Source: Acidimicrobiales bacterium (GTDB taxonomy: Bacteria; Actinomycetota; Acidimicrobiia; Acidimicrobiales; CADCSY01). Taken from it: a stretch of 57,575 bases of DNA. A model generated the notes under the pieces. It was not told the origin of the DNA. It was given only the letters and a program-made list of their open reading frames with translations, and searched no databases. Shown one piece after another: positions 25,615 to 35,787 of the stretch (its first letter is position 1; each line of letters opens with the position of its first letter). Both the position numbers and the translations under genes were made by a program. The stretch is taken from contig JBBDQT010000001.1 in the NCBI GenBank assembly GCA_040905815.1, positions 1 to 57,575 of the forward strand. The letters are read 5' to 3'.

Positions 25615-27634
25615 GGGTCACCACTCCGATGGTCTCGACGACGAGGTTGGGGCTGAGCTCGGCATAGGACAGGACGGGCAGCCGCGGCGCCGCGCCGGCG
25701 ACGAGGCGCCGGAGGGCGGGCCGCAGTGCGGCGGAGCAGACGAGCACCGGCTGCTCGCCCCGCTGCTCGGCCGTCTCGGCGCGCTGGGCGACCTCGATGG
25801 CGAGGCGTTCGATCTGGCTCGGGTCGAGGGCCAGGAACGGCCCCTGCTCGCCGTGGCGCAGCGACTCCAGCAGGGAGTGCTCGACGAGGGGATCCAGTGT
25901 CACGGCCGCGAGCCGGCCGTCGGTCGCAAGGGAGGAGGAGATGGCGGGGCCGAGCGCGGCTCGCGCCGCTTCGGTGAGGCCGTCGGCGTCCTTGGTCACC
26001 CGGGCCCGCTCGGACAGCGCCTCGAAGATGCGGACCAGGTCCCGGACCGGCACGCCCTCTGCGAGCAGGCCCTGGAGCACCCGTTGGATCTCGCCGAGGC
26101 CGAGCAGCGCGGGCGTCAGCTCCTCCACCACCGCCGGGTCGCCGGCCTTGACCATGTCGACGAGCGCCTTGGTGTCCTGGCGGGACAGCAGCCGCCCGGC
26201 GTTCTGCCGCACGACCTCGGCGAGGTGGGTGGTGAGGACGGAGGAGCGATCCACGACGGTGGCGCCGGCGAGCTCGGCCTGCTGGCGGAGCTCCACGGGC
26301 ACCCACCGGGCGGCCAGGCCGAAGACCGGCTCCACCGTGGCGGTGCCGGGCAGGCCCGCGAGGTCGTCCCCGATCGCGAGCACCATGCCGGTGGGCGCCT
26401 CGCCCCGGCCCATCTCCACGCCGTGGATCTTGATGGCGTAGGTGCGGGCGGGCAGCTCGAGGTTGTCACGGGTGCGCACGGGCGGGATGACGACCCCGAG
26501 GTCCATGGCGATCTTCCGGCGCAGGGCCCGGACCCGGTCCAGCAGGTCGCCGCCGGCAGCCGGGTCGACGAGGTCCACGAGGTCGAACGCCAGCTCGAGC
26601 TCGAGCGGCTCGACCCGCATCTCCAGCGCCAGGGCCTCGGGCGAGTCGGGGGCGTGGGCGGGCGGCTCGTCGGCGTCGTCGTCGGCGACGAGCTCGGCGA
26701 CATCGGGGATGCGGCTGGCGAAGAGGAAGATGAGCCCGCCCACGAGGAGGAACGGCACCTTGGGCAGGCCGGGGACGATGGCGAGGCCCATGACCGCGCC
26801 GGCGCCGATGCGCAGCGACTGCCGCTGGGCGGCGAACTGGCGGAGCATGTCCGTCCCGAGGTCGTCCTCGGTGGCCGAGCGGGTCACGATGATGCCGGCC
26901 GAGAGCGAGATCAGCAGCGCCGGGATCTGGGAGACGAGCCCGTCGCCGATGGTGAGGATGCTGTAGGTGGAGATCGCCTCGCCGATCGGCATGCCGCTCT
27001 GGACCACGCCGATGACGAAGCCGCCGAAGAGGTTGATCAGGGTGATGACGATGCCGGCGATGGCGTCGCCCTTCACGAACTTCGACGCCCCGTCCATGGC
27101 GCCGTAGAAGTCCGCTTCGGCCGCCACGTCGGACCGGCGGCGGCGGGCCTGGTCGTCGGTGATGAGGCCGGCGTTGAGGTCGGCGTCGATGGCCATCTGC
27201 TTGCCCGGCATGGCGTCGAGCGTGAAGCGGGCGCCGACCTCGGCGACGCGCCCCGCGCCGTTCGTGATGACGAGGAACTGGATCACGATGAGGATCAGGA
27301 AGATGACGAGGCCGACGACGAGCGACCCACCGATCACGAAGTTCCCGAACGCCTCGACGACCTTGCCGGCGAAGCCGTCCAGCAGCACGAGCCTGGTCGA
27401 GCTCACGTTGAGGGCGAGGCGGAACATCGTGGCGACGAGCAGCAGCGACGGGAACACGGCGAAGTCGAGCGGCCGCTTCACCTGCAGGCTGATGAGCAGC
27501 ACCAGCACCGCCAGGGCGATGTTGCACACGAAGAGGAGGTCGAGGAGGAAGGCCGGGAGCGGGACCACCATCATCACCACGACGGAGACGATGGCGATCG
27601 GGATGCCGATCTGGCCGGTGCGGCTGCGGGTCAC
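25592..27634 (-). CDS. flhA: Flagellar export gate protein FlhA
   Basis: ORF 25592..27634 (680 aa, GTG start). 8-TM N-domain with the conserved FHIPEP-type region (FVKGDAIAGIVITLINLFGG) and a large cytoplasmic C-domain. Confidence 0.95.
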   Translation of the reverse strand: MTRSRTGQIGIPIAIVSVVVMMVVPLPAFLLDLLFVCNIALAVLVLLISLQVKRPLDFAVFPSLLLVATMFRLALNVSSTRLVLLDGFAGKVVEAFGNFVIGGSLVVGLVIFLILIVIQFLVITNGAGRVAEVGARFTLDAMPGKQMAIDADLNAGLITDDQARRRRSDVAAEADFYGAMDGASKFVKGDAIAGIVITLINLFGGFVIGVVQSGMPIGEAISTYSILTIGDGLVSQIPALLISLSAGIIVTRSATEDDLGTDMLRQFAAQRQSLRIGAGAVMGLAIVPGLPKVPFLLVGGLIFLFASRIPDVAELVADDDADEPPAHAPDSPEALALEMRVEPLELELAFDLVDLVDPAAGGDLLDRVRALRRKIAMDLGVVIPPVRTRDNLELPARTYAIKIHGVEMGRGEAPTGMVLAIGDDLAGLPGTATVEPVFGLAARWVPVELRQQAELAGATVVDRSSVLTTHLAEVVRQNAGRLLSRQDTKALVDMVKAGDPAVVEELTPALLGLGEIQRVLQGLLAEGVPVRDLVRIFEALSERARVTKDADGLTEAARAALGPAISSSLATDGRLAAVTLDPLVEHSLLESLRHGEQGPFLALDPSQIERLAIEVAQRAETAEQRGEQPVLVCSAALRPALRRLVAGAAPRLPVLSYAELSPNLVVETIGVVTLASTANV

Positions 27635-27752
27635 GGGACCTCTCGGGTGGCGCGGCAGCCCATCCGTGGCCTACGCGTCGATCGCGCCTTCCCTGGCGCT
27701 CGTGAGGAGCATCGGCGCGTCGGGCGTGGCACTTGAAGGCAGATGTCCGGGT

Positions 27753-28583
27753 TCAGCGCCCGAGGGCGATCAGGTCTGCGAGGCCCTCGACGCGGCGCTC
27801 CACCCGCAGGCACAGGTCGTCCGCCAGCCGCTCGGCGATGCCGACCGCGCGCAAGGCCGCCTCGAGCGGCCGGCTCGGCTCCTGGGCCCGGCCCTGGCCG
27901 AGGCGTCCGACCACCGACTCGGCGGCGACGAGCACCGAGGCGAGCGTCCGGGGAGCGGCGGGCTCGACGTCGTGGTGGGCGGCGACGGCCGCCACCACGT
28001 CCTCCGGCAGCCGCGCGACCGCCAGCGCCCTGGCGCCGAGGTCCGGGTGGTCGCAGCCGAACCGCTCACGCTCCCACTCGAGGGCGTCGTGACCGAGGGT
28101 CGTCTGGGCCAGGTCGCGCCAGGCGGTGGGATCGCGACGAGCCTGCAGGATGGCCCCCATGTCGTGGAGGAGCCCCAGGGAGAACGCGTGCTCCCGATCC
28201 ACCCCGACCCGCTCCGCGATGACCGACGCCGCTGCTGCGGTGCCGACGGCATGCGGCCAGAAGTCATCGACCTGGTCACCGTCCGCTCGCTCGAAGAGGC
28301 CGAAGGCGGCGCCCGCCACGAGGGTTCGCACGACGGTCAGGCCGAGGATGGGCACCGCCCTCGCCGAGCTGGCGACCCGCTCGCGGAGGCCGTAGAACGA
28401 GGAGTTGGCGAGGAAGACCGCGCGCGTCGACAGCGCGAGGTCGAGGTCCATCATGCGACCGACCTCGGCGGCCGACGTCACCTCCCCGTCGAGGCGCTGC
28501 AGCACCTGGACGGCCACCACCGAGGCCACGGGGACGCCCATGACCTCCTCCAGCTCCACACCGTCGACCATTCCGTCGCTCAT
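27753..28583 (-). CDS. HDOD-domain signalling protein
   Basis: ORF 27753..28583. ...LALSTRAVFLANSSFYGLRERVASSARAVPILGL...FWPHAVGTAAAASVIAERVG...AFSLGLLHDMGAIL matches the HDOD pattern. 4-nt overlap with the flhB stop. Confidence 0.8.
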   Translation of the reverse strand: MSDGMVDGVELEEVMGVPVASVVAVQVLQRLDGEVTSAAEVGRMMDLDLALSTRAVFLANSSFYGLRERVASSARAVPILGLTVVRTLVAGAAFGLFERADGDQVDDFWPHAVGTAAAASVIAERVGVDREHAFSLGLLHDMGAILQARRDPTAWRDLAQTTLGHDALEWERERFGCDHPDLGARALAVARLPEDVVAAVAAHHDVEPAAPRTLASVLVAAESVVGRLGQGRAQEPSRPLEAALRAVGIAERLADDLCLRVERRVEGLADLIALGR

Positions 28584-29689
28584 GCTCCGAGCGCGAGCGT
28601 CGGCGCCGGCAGCCGGTGCGTGCCGGACGCGCTCCCGCGCCGCCGCAGGGCGTAGATGAACGCGAGCACGCGCGCCACCGCGTCGTACAGCTCGGCGGGG
28701 ATCGCCTGGTTGAGGTCACAGGCCTTGAACACGGCTCGGGCGAGGGGGATGTCCTCCACCATCGGCACGCGCGCCTCCTCAGCGGCGGCGCGGATGCGGG
28801 CTGCCACCTCACCGGCGCCCTTGGCGACGACGCGGGGCGCGCCGCTCGTGGCGTCGTACTTGAGGGCGACGGCCACGTGGGTCGGGTTGACGAGCACGAC
28901 GTCAGCGGTCCCCACCTCCGACATCATCCGGTTCCGGCTCATCGACAGCTGCCGGGACCGCATGGCGCCCCGCATGTGCGGGTCGCCGTCCTGCTGGCGC
29001 TGCTCGTCGCGGACCTCCTGCTTCGTCATCTTCATCCCCTTCGCCGTCCGCCGTCGCTGGAGCCCGTAGTCGACGAGCGCGAGGACCAAGCCTGCCAGAG
29101 CCACGTTCCTGGCGAGGCCGAGGGCGCGGGAGCCGACCAGTGCCATCGTGGTCACGACCGGCTGCTGCCCACCGGCCACGAGGACCGGGACGATGTCCAT
29201 GATGGACCGGTAGGCGAGGAACCCGAGGATCATCGCCTTGGCCAGCGTCTTGCCCGCCTCCCAGGCGCTGTGGGGGGAGAACAACCGCTTGAAGCCCTTG
29301 AACGGGTTGATGCGCTCGACCTTCGGCTTGAGCAGCTTTCCCGAGGGGGCCCAGCCCACCTGGAGCAGGTTCATGAGGATGCCGAGGGCCATCAGGCCGA
29401 AGGCGAGCGGCGCCACGACGATGATCCCGCTCACCAGCCCGTCGCCGAGGAGGCCGATCGCCGGCCCCGGCTCCGGCTCGGGCGAGGCCATGAGGTCGCC
29501 TGCATCGATCAGGAGGGCGCGCATCCGGCCGGCGCCCGACGCCATCGTCAGCTGGAGGAGGTAGGTGGCCACGAACATCGCCGTCCAGCTGCCGAGCTCG
29601 GCGGACCGGGGGATGCGCCCCTCCTTGCGGGCATCGCGCTTGCGCTTCGGTGTTGGGTCCTCCGTCTTGTCGCCCGACGGCTTGCTCAT
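28580..29689 (-). CDS. flhB: Flagellar export apparatus switch protein FlhB
   Basis: ORF 28580..29689. N-terminus SGDKTEDPTPKRKRDARKEGRIPRS, 4 TM, autocleavage motif VLVNPTHVAVAL (NPTH). Confidence 0.95.
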   Translation of the reverse strand: MSKPSGDKTEDPTPKRKRDARKEGRIPRSAELGSWTAMFVATYLLQLTMASGAGRMRALLIDAGDLMASPEPEPGPAIGLLGDGLVSGIIVVAPLAFGLMALGILMNLLQVGWAPSGKLLKPKVERINPFKGFKRLFSPHSAWEAGKTLAKAMILGFLAYRSIMDIVPVLVAGGQQPVVTTMALVGSRALGLARNVALAGLVLALVDYGLQRRRTAKGMKMTKQEVRDEQRQQDGDPHMRGAMRSRQLSMSRNRMMSEVGTADVVLVNPTHVAVALKYDATSGAPRVVAKGAGEVAARIRAAAEEARVPMVEDIPLARAVFKACDLNQAIPAELYDAVARVLAFIYALRRRGSASGTHRLPAPTLALGA

Positions 29690-30456
29690 GCCCCGAACAG
29701 CTCTACGATGGCGTTCCCGGTGCGGACGCTCCGCTCGGCGAGCGCGTGGACGACCGCTGGTAGCACGGGCAGCACGAGGCCCACGAGCCCGAGCGTCAGG
29801 AGGATCTTGAGCGGGAAGCCGAGGATGAAGACGTTCATCTGGGGAGCGGCGCGCGAGAGCAGCCCGAGCCCGACCTCGGCCAGGAACAGCGCGGCCAGGA
29901 GCGGCGCGGCGATCTCGACGGCGGCGAGCATGAAGGTGCCGAGGCCGTCGACGTTGACCTCTGCCAGCCGTCCGAGCGGGGGCAGCCGCAGGCCGACGGC
30001 GTCGAACGACGTCATGAAGCCACGGAACAGCAGGATGTGGCCGTTGATGGCGAACAGCAGCGTGACGGCCAGCAGCTGGTAGAAGCGGCCGAACACCGAC
30101 GTCTGCGTCCCGCTCAGCGGGTCGAACGCCTGGGCGATGGTGAAGCCCGCGAACATGTCGATCAGGTCGCCTGCGGCCTGGACGGCAGCGAGGGCCAGCA
30201 TGGTGATGAAGCCGAGCGCCAGACCGACCCCGACCTGCAGGACGATGGCCCCGATGAGCGACGGCACGTCCAGCGACGGTGGCGACGCAGCCAGCCGGGG
30301 CGCGGCAGGCAGCGCGAGCGCGGCGGCGAGGCCGATCTTGACCGGTGCCGGGATGGCGCGGGTGCTGAACGGGGGCAGGAGCACCAACCAGGCGCTCGCC
30401 CGGACGATGCCGAGCACGAAGGCCACGATGAGCGCGGCGGGCGCCTCGATGGTCAC
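29686..30456 (-). CDS. fliR: Flagellar export apparatus protein FliR
   Basis: ORF 29686..30456. Polytopic membrane protein between fliQ and flhB. 4-nt overlap with flhB. Confidence 0.9.
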   Translation of the reverse strand: MTIEAPAALIVAFVLGIVRASAWLVLLPPFSTRAIPAPVKIGLAAALALPAAPRLAASPPSLDVPSLIGAIVLQVGVGLALGFITMLALAAVQAAGDLIDMFAGFTIAQAFDPLSGTQTSVFGRFYQLLAVTLLFAINGHILLFRGFMTSFDAVGLRLPPLGRLAEVNVDGLGTFMLAAVEIAAPLLAALFLAEVGLGLLSRAAPQMNVFILGFPLKILLTLGLVGLVLPVLPAVVHALAERSVRTGNAIVELFGA

Positions 30457-30463
30457 GGCAGGA

Positions 30464-30733
30464 TCAGAGGAGGCCCGGCAGGCTGTCGAGGAAGAGGGCC
30501 CGGGTGAACTGGATCATCTCGTTCAGCATCCAGTTCCCGCCCAGCAGGACCACGAGCCCGACGCCGATCAGCTTCGGCACGAACGTGAGCGTGACCTCCT
30601 GCACCTGGGTCACCGACTGGATCATCGAGATCCCCACGCCGATGGCGAGGGACACCACCAGGATCGGCATGGCCAGCTTTGCGGTCACGAGCATCGCCTG
30701 CAGGGCGATCTGGATGATGGCGGTGTCGTTCAC
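30464..30733 (-). CDS. fliQ: Flagellar export apparatus protein FliQ
   Basis: ORF 30464..30733 (89 aa). ...LVVSLAIGVGISMIQSVTQVQEVTLTFVPKL is a typical FliQ core. Confidence 0.95.
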   Translation of the reverse strand: MNDTAIIQIALQAMLVTAKLAMPILVVSLAIGVGISMIQSVTQVQEVTLTFVPKLIGVGLVVLLGGNWMLNEMIQFTRALFLDSLPGLL

Positions 30734-30760
30734 AGTGCCTCTATCGGTCGTTTCCGGCGG

Positions 30761-31591
30761 TCACCTGAAGCTCGAGAGCAGGGCCCTCGTGATGAGGCCC
30801 CAGCCGTCGACCATCACGAAGAGCAGGAGCTTGAACGGGAGGGAGATCAGCACCGGTGGCAGCATCATCATGCCCATCGACATCAGCGCCGAGCTGACCA
30901 CCATGTCGATGACGAGGAAGGGCACGAACACGACGAAGCCGATGATGAACGCCGTCTTCAGCTCCGAGAGGATGAAGGCGGGGATGAGCGCGACGAGGGA
31001 GATGTCATCGGGGGTCGCAGGCCGCTCGTCACCAGCCGCCTGGATGAAGAGGGCGAGCTCGTCCTCCCGGGCCTGGCTCAGCATCCACTCCCGCATCGGC
31101 CCCACCGCACGGTCGTAGGCCTCGCCGATCTCGATCTCCTCTTCGAGCAGCGGCTGGAGGGCCTCCTCGTTGATCTCGGCGAGCGTCGGCCCCATGACGA
31201 ACAGGCTGAGGAACAGGGCGAGGCCGACGATGACCTGGTTCGGCGGCACGCTCTGCACGCCGATCGCGCTGCGGGCCAGCGACAGCACCACCACGATGCG
31301 GGTGAAGCTGGTGAGCATGATCAACAGGGCGGGCGCGACCCCGAGCAGGGTGAGCAGCAAGATGATGACGATGCTCTGGCTCGGGACCTCGCCGTCCTCG
31401 GTGGGCCCGAGCTCGAGGTTGATCGAGGCGCTGCCGTCATCCTCTTCCGCAGGCGGGGGTTCCTCGACCTGCGCGCTGACGGTGGTCGGGGCAGCGGGGA
31501 GGGCGGCGGCCGGAGGGGCCGCCCCCGCGAGGAGGGCGGCGAGGGTGAGGGCCAGCGAGACGACCGCGACGAGCGGCGAGGGGAGGCGCAT
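30761..31591 (-). CDS. fliP: Flagellar export apparatus protein FliP
   Basis: ORF 30761..31591. Cleavable signal peptide, then FTRIVVVLSLARSAIGVQSVPPNQVIVGLALFLSLFVMGP and MSMGMMMLPPVLISLPFKLLLFV. Confidence 0.95.
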   Translation of the reverse strand: MRLPSPLVAVVSLALTLAALLAGAAPPAAALPAAPTTVSAQVEEPPPAEEDDGSASINLELGPTEDGEVPSQSIVIILLLTLLGVAPALLIMLTSFTRIVVVLSLARSAIGVQSVPPNQVIVGLALFLSLFVMGPTLAEINEEALQPLLEEEIEIGEAYDRAVGPMREWMLSQAREDELALFIQAAGDERPATPDDISLVALIPAFILSELKTAFIIGFVVFVPFLVIDMVVSSALMSMGMMMLPPVLISLPFKLLLFVMVDGWGLITRALLSSFR

Positions 31592-31605
31592 CGGCGAGCA
31601 GTCGA

Positions 31606-31980
31606 TCAGGTCCGGCGGACCGAGCGGTCGCGCACCGCGTCCACGAAGGCACGCACGGACACGGGCATGGCGGGCGCGCCCTCGGCCGGCTCTTCGATCT
31701 CGAGGGACTCGGGGTCCAGCTCGGCGAGCAGGTTGACCGCGGCATCGGTGACCCCGACCACGAACGCCCGGTCGGCGGCGCGGACCAGGACGATCGACGC
31801 GGTCCTGGACAGGGGTTGCCGTGCCACGACCTGGAGGGTGCCGGGAGCGGCGGTGGCCCGCTTCAGGCCCGGCAGCGCGCGGTTGCGCACGACGCGCGCC
31901 AGCAGCGCCATGAGGCCGAGCACGACGGCGAGGGAGAAGACGAGCCGGCCGAGCAGGCTCAGGACCGAGACGTCCTCCAT
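31606..31980 (-). CDS. fliO: Flagellar biosynthesis protein FliO (FliZ)
   Basis: ORF 31606..31980 (124 aa). Single N-terminal TM and LQVVARQPLSRTASIVLVRAADRAFVVGVTD, directly upstream of fliP. Confidence 0.7.
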   Translation of the reverse strand: MEDVSVLSLLGRLVFSLAVVLGLMALLARVVRNRALPGLKRATAAPGTLQVVARQPLSRTASIVLVRAADRAFVVGVTDAAVNLLAELDPESLEIEEPAEGAPAMPVSVRAFVDAVRDRSVRRT

Positions 31981-32799
31981 CTACGGGCGCACCGTCCGCA
32001 GCCCGACGATCTCCGAGATCCGGATGCCGAACTCCTCGTCGATCACGACGACCTCGCCGCGGGCGATGAGCTTGCCGTTGACGAGCACGTCGACGGGGCT
32101 GCCCGCGCTCCGGTCGAGCTCGACCACTGCGCCGGGCGCGAGCGCGAGCAGGTCCCGGACGGTCATGCGGGTGCGCCCCAGCTCGACCGTCACCGCCATC
32201 TCCACGTCGTGCAGGAGCTCGAGGGAGCGCCTGGGCCCGCCCTCCGCCGGCAGGTCCGCCCCGGGCACTGGCGAGAACAGCTCAGGCTCATAGGACGCGG
32301 GCGCGGAGCGTGGCACGCCGTCAGGGAGGAGGTCGACCACGAGGGTGGCGACATGATCACCGTCATCGAGCAGGTCCACGGTGACGGCTCCCGTCCCGAA
32401 GCCGAGGTGCTCGAGGTCGAGGTCTCGCGAGGTGGACGGCTGCAAGGGGTCGGGGTAGTGGGGTTCGAGGGCGGCGATCGCGTCGTCCAGCGACGTCCGG
32501 AGCGCGCCCACCAGGCCGGCCGCGCCCGACGCGCCCTCGGCGATGGCAGCAGCGAGCTCTCCGCTGACCACGAGTGCCAGAGTGCCTGCGGCGCCACCTG
32601 AGATGGTGACGGCCGCCCCACGGGAGTCGGATCCCGGGAGCACGAGGTCGGTGGCTTCGGCGAGGACCTTCGGTTCCGAGGCGACGATGGCCTCCCGGGC
32701 CGGCAGCGTCCGGCCCGCGACGAGCGCGGCGCCCTGGGCGTGGCTGGCGTGGAGCCGGTCCGCGGGCGCGTCGGGTGCGCCCTGCGTGGCGGGGGTCAT
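31981..32799 (-). CDS. fliN: Flagellar motor switch protein FliN (long FliY-like form)
   Basis: ORF 31981..32799. C-terminal SpoA/FliN domain [70 protein letters not shown]. About 180-aa N-terminal extension. Confidence 0.85.
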   Translation of the reverse strand: MTPATQGAPDAPADRLHASHAQGAALVAGRTLPAREAIVASEPKVLAEATDLVLPGSDSRGAAVTISGGAAGTLALVVSGELAAAIAEGASGAAGLVGALRTSLDDAIAALEPHYPDPLQPSTSRDLDLEHLGFGTGAVTVDLLDDGDHVATLVVDLLPDGVPRSAPASYEPELFSPVPGADLPAEGGPRRSLELLHDVEMAVTVELGRTRMTVRDLLALAPGAVVELDRSAGSPVDVLVNGKLIARGEVVVIDEEFGIRISEIVGLRTVRP

Positions 32800-33839
32800 G
32801 ATCCTCCTTCGAGGGCGGAATCGACGATGCGGCAGGCCAGCCGCTTGCCCTGCCGGCCGGCGACGGCCGGCAGCACGACGACCGCGCCGGCGAGGAGCGC
32901 GAGCGGCCGGTCTGCCGGGTGCCCAAGCGGGACGATGTCGCCGGCGCAGAGGCCGACGACCTCCTCCGAGGTGAGGTGCACCGGCGTGAAGCGGACGCTC
33001 ACGTCCACGGGGACGTCCTGCATGGCGAGCCCCATGGCGACGGCCGCGCTGGCGAGGTCGTCTTGTCGGCGGTCGCCGCCCAACGAGTGGCCGGTGACCC
33101 GCTCGAGCGCCGGTTGGAGGGACGCGAAGGGGATGCAGAGGCTGAGCTGGCCCTCCTGTCCACCGATGCGGGTGTCGAAGATGACGGCGACGACCATATC
33201 GGACGGTGCCGCGACCTGGGCGAACTGCGGGTTCGACTCGAGCTGGACGATGGACGGCTGGAGGTGGACGAGGGACTCGAACGCCGAGGACAGCTCCTTC
33301 AAGCTGCGTTCGAGCACCTCCCGGATCAGGCCCTCCTCGATGTCGGTGAGCGGGCGGGCGGGGTACGGGCCGGTGCCGCTGCCGCCGAGGAGGCGGTCGA
33401 GGATCGACATGGCCAGGGGGAGCGGGACCTGGAGGAGGCCCGCTCCCGAGAGCGGTTCGAGGGACAGCTGGGCGAGCAGTGTTGGGTTGGCCGATGAGGC
33501 GACGTAGTCGTTGTAGGTGATCTGCTGCACCGATGCCACCGTCACCTGGGAGACCGCTCGCAGGGTCGTGGAGAGGACGGTCCCGAGCTGGCGGGCGAAC
33601 GTCTCGTGGACGATCTGCAGGGCGCGGACGTGCTCCCGGCTGAAGGTGTTGGGACGGCGGAAGTCGAACTCCTGCAGCCCGCTCGAACGGCCCGGGCGGA
33701 CGGGGTTCGGTGCAGCTGCCCCGGTCGTGCCCGCAGCCTCGGCGATCAGCTGCTCGATCTCCTCGAGCGACACGGCCTCGGCCAGCGATGACGGCCCGGG
33801 GTCGGCGTCGGTTGCCAGATCGTCGCTCATGCTCCCCAT
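32796..33839 (-). CDS. fliM: Flagellar motor switch protein FliM
   Basis: ORF 32796..33839. N-terminal CheY-P-binding-type motif [10 protein letters not shown], then [26 protein letters not shown]. Confidence 0.9.
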   Translation of the reverse strand: MGSMSDDLATDADPGPSSLAEAVSLEEIEQLIAEAAGTTGAAAPNPVRPGRSSGLQEFDFRRPNTFSREHVRALQIVHETFARQLGTVLSTTLRAVSQVTVASVQQITYNDYVASSANPTLLAQLSLEPLSGAGLLQVPLPLAMSILDRLLGGSGTGPYPARPLTDIEEGLIREVLERSLKELSSAFESLVHLQPSIVQLESNPQFAQVAAPSDMVVAVIFDTRIGGQEGQLSLCIPFASLQPALERVTGHSLGGDRRQDDLASAAVAMGLAMQDVPVDVSVRFTPVHLTSEEVVGLCAGDIVPLGHPADRPLALLAGAVVVLPAVAGRQGKRLACRIVDSALEGGS

Positions 33840-33891
33840 CCCATCGCCCGCTCCATCATGGCTGCTCCCGCGGGCAGCTCGCGCGGCCCGC

Positions 33892-34383
33892 TCACTGCAT
33901 GACGAACTCGGTGAAGTACACGCCGAGAACCTCCCCTTCGTAGCGCGCCGCCACCCGCTCCGACAGCGCCTGCTTCACGGCGTCACGCCCTCCGGGTGCG
34001 ACCAGCTCAGCGTAGCTGCGGGCGCCCAGCACCGAGATGGCCTCGTCCAGCGCGGGTGCTGCGAACCCCGCGATGCCCGCAGCGTCCACCGCCGCGGCCC
34101 CCTCGACGAGCTGGAGCGCAAGGCCCACCTTCAGGAACCGCCCGTCGGCGAGGTTGAGGGTCACCGGTTCGAGCGGCACGACCTCGCCGCGCACCGGGGC
34201 CGGCTCCTCGATGGCCTCCCCGGCGACCGCCGTGGCGTCACCGCCGCCGCCGGAGGTCATGTAGTAGCCCCCGCCAGCGAGGAGGAGGGCGACGACCACG
34301 GCGGGGACGAGCTTCGACCGCCCCTTGGTCGCGAGCGCGCCGTCCTCGTCTCCCGACGCCTCCCGGGTCTTCTTCCTCGCCAT
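33892..34383 (-). CDS. fliL: Flagellar basal-body-associated protein FliL
   Basis: Part of ORF 33892..34509, from ATG 34383 (GAGGAAGAGG SD). Basic N-terminus, one TM, VTLNLADGRFLKVGLALQL...GEVLGVYFTEFVMQ. Confidence 0.75.
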   Translation of the reverse strand: MARKKTREASGDEDGALATKGRSKLVPAVVVALLLAGGGYYMTSGGGGDATAVAGEAIEEPAPVRGEVVPLEPVTLNLADGRFLKVGLALQLVEGAAAVDAAGIAGFAAPALDEAISVLGARSYAELVAPGGRDAVKQALSERVAARYEGEVLGVYFTEFVMQ

Positions 34384-34475
34384 CGCCTCTTCCTCGGTCG
34401 TGTGGCCCCTTCCGGGCTGTGCTGGTCTATCGACCGCCCGGTGGCGAACCTGCGCGAACCGTGCACGGCCACGAG

Positions 34476-34507
34476 GCTCGGCCGGCCCCTGACGGGGCCA
34501 GCCGAGC
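34476..34507 (-). terminator. GC-rich stem-loop about 28 nt downstream of the flgE stop (attenuator or processing/stability element; no U-tract)
   Basis: The plus strand reads GCTCGGC-C-GGCCCC-TGAC-GGGGCC-A-GCCGAGC, a 13-bp interrupted stem in the 150-bp flgE-fliL gap. Confidence 0.4.
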
Positions 34508-34534
34508 ACGAGACGGCTTGGCTGTGCGGGGGGC

Positions 34535-35773
34535 CTACCGCTTCATGTTGACGAGCTCCTGGAGCAGCTCGTCCGAGGTGGTGATGACCCGGGAGTTCGC
34601 CTGGAAGCCGCGCTGGGCGACGATCAGGTTCGTGAACTCCTGGGCGAGGTCGACGTTGGACATCTCGAGCGTGCCGCCGGCGAGGATGCCACGGCCGCCG
34701 GCGCCGGCGGTGCCGACCTGCACCTGGCCGGAGTTGACGGTGCCGCGGTACATGGAGCCACCGGTCTTCTCGAGGCCGGCCGGGTTGTTGAAGCTGGCGA
34801 GCGCGACCTGGCCGAGCGACTGGTTGCGGCCGTTGGAGAACACGCCGGTGATGACGCCGTCGGGCGAGATCGAGAACGACTGGAGCGAACCGGCCGCTGA
34901 GCCGTCCTGCGACAGGGCGCCGACGGTGTTCACCGAGGCGTAGCCGGTGAGGGGCTGGCCCTCTGCCCCGAAGGTGACCGACGGCTGGGCGGTCCAGCTC
35001 CCGGGCACGCCGGTGAGGTTGAACGTGTCGGCGCTCGTGAGGTTGCCCTCACCGTCGAACGTCACGGTCTGGGCGGTGCCGATGTCGTCGGGCGTCCCGT
35101 CGCCGTCGGTGTCCGCCTGGGGCTGCACCGACCACGTGTCGGCCGCCGCGTCCTTGGTGAACACCAAGCTCACGTCCACCGCGGAGCCCTGGTCGTCGAA
35201 GAGGGTGATCGACGTGCGGATCGCCGCCCCGGTGACCGCGTCGGCCGGCAGGTTCCCGCCGAGCACGAGGTTGCCGGTCGCCTTCGGCGCGTTGAGCTGG
35301 CCGAGCGGCAAGACGATGTCGCCCACCGGGCCGTTGGTGTTGATGCCGCCGTTCCCGTCGGCGGTCCAGCCCTGCACGACGCCGCCCTGGGGGGTCGTGA
35401 GCCGGCCGTTGGCGTCGAAGGAGAAGCCCCCGGCCCGGGTGTAGAGGCTCTCGGCGCCGCTGCGGACCACGAAGAAGCCGTCGCCCTGGATCGACAGGTC
35501 GGTGCTGCGGCCGGTGTTCTGCAGACCGCCCTGGGCGAAGTTCGTGGTGGTGCCGGCGAGGCGCATGCCGAGGCCGACCTGCGCGGGGTTCGTGCCGCCG
35601 GCGCCTGCCGGCATGGCGGCGCCCTGGAGCACCTGGCTGAGGAGGTCCTGGAAGATGGTCTGGCTCGTCTTGTAGCCGGCGGTGTTCACGTTGGCGATGT
35701 TGTTGCCGGTGACGTCCATCATCGTCTGGTGGCCGCGGAGGCCCGAGACGCCTGAGTACATGGAACGGAGCAT
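34535..35773 (-). CDS. flgE: Flagellar hook protein FlgE
   Basis: ORF 34535..35773 (412 aa). MLRSMYSGVSGLRGHQTMMDVTGNNIANVNTAGYK ... RGFQANSRVITTSDELLQELVNMKR. Confidence 0.9.
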   Translation of the reverse strand: MLRSMYSGVSGLRGHQTMMDVTGNNIANVNTAGYKTSQTIFQDLLSQVLQGAAMPAGAGGTNPAQVGLGMRLAGTTTNFAQGGLQNTGRSTDLSIQGDGFFVVRSGAESLYTRAGGFSFDANGRLTTPQGGVVQGWTADGNGGINTNGPVGDIVLPLGQLNAPKATGNLVLGGNLPADAVTGAAIRTSITLFDDQGSAVDVSLVFTKDAAADTWSVQPQADTDGDGTPDDIGTAQTVTFDGEGNLTSADTFNLTGVPGSWTAQPSVTFGAEGQPLTGYASVNTVGALSQDGSAAGSLQSFSISPDGVITGVFSNGRNQSLGQVALASFNNPAGLEKTGGSMYRGTVNSGQVQVGTAGAGGRGILAGGTLEMSNVDLAQEFTNLIVAQRGFQANSRVITTSDELLQELVNMKR

Positions 35774-35787
35774 GTCGTGTCCTTTGA

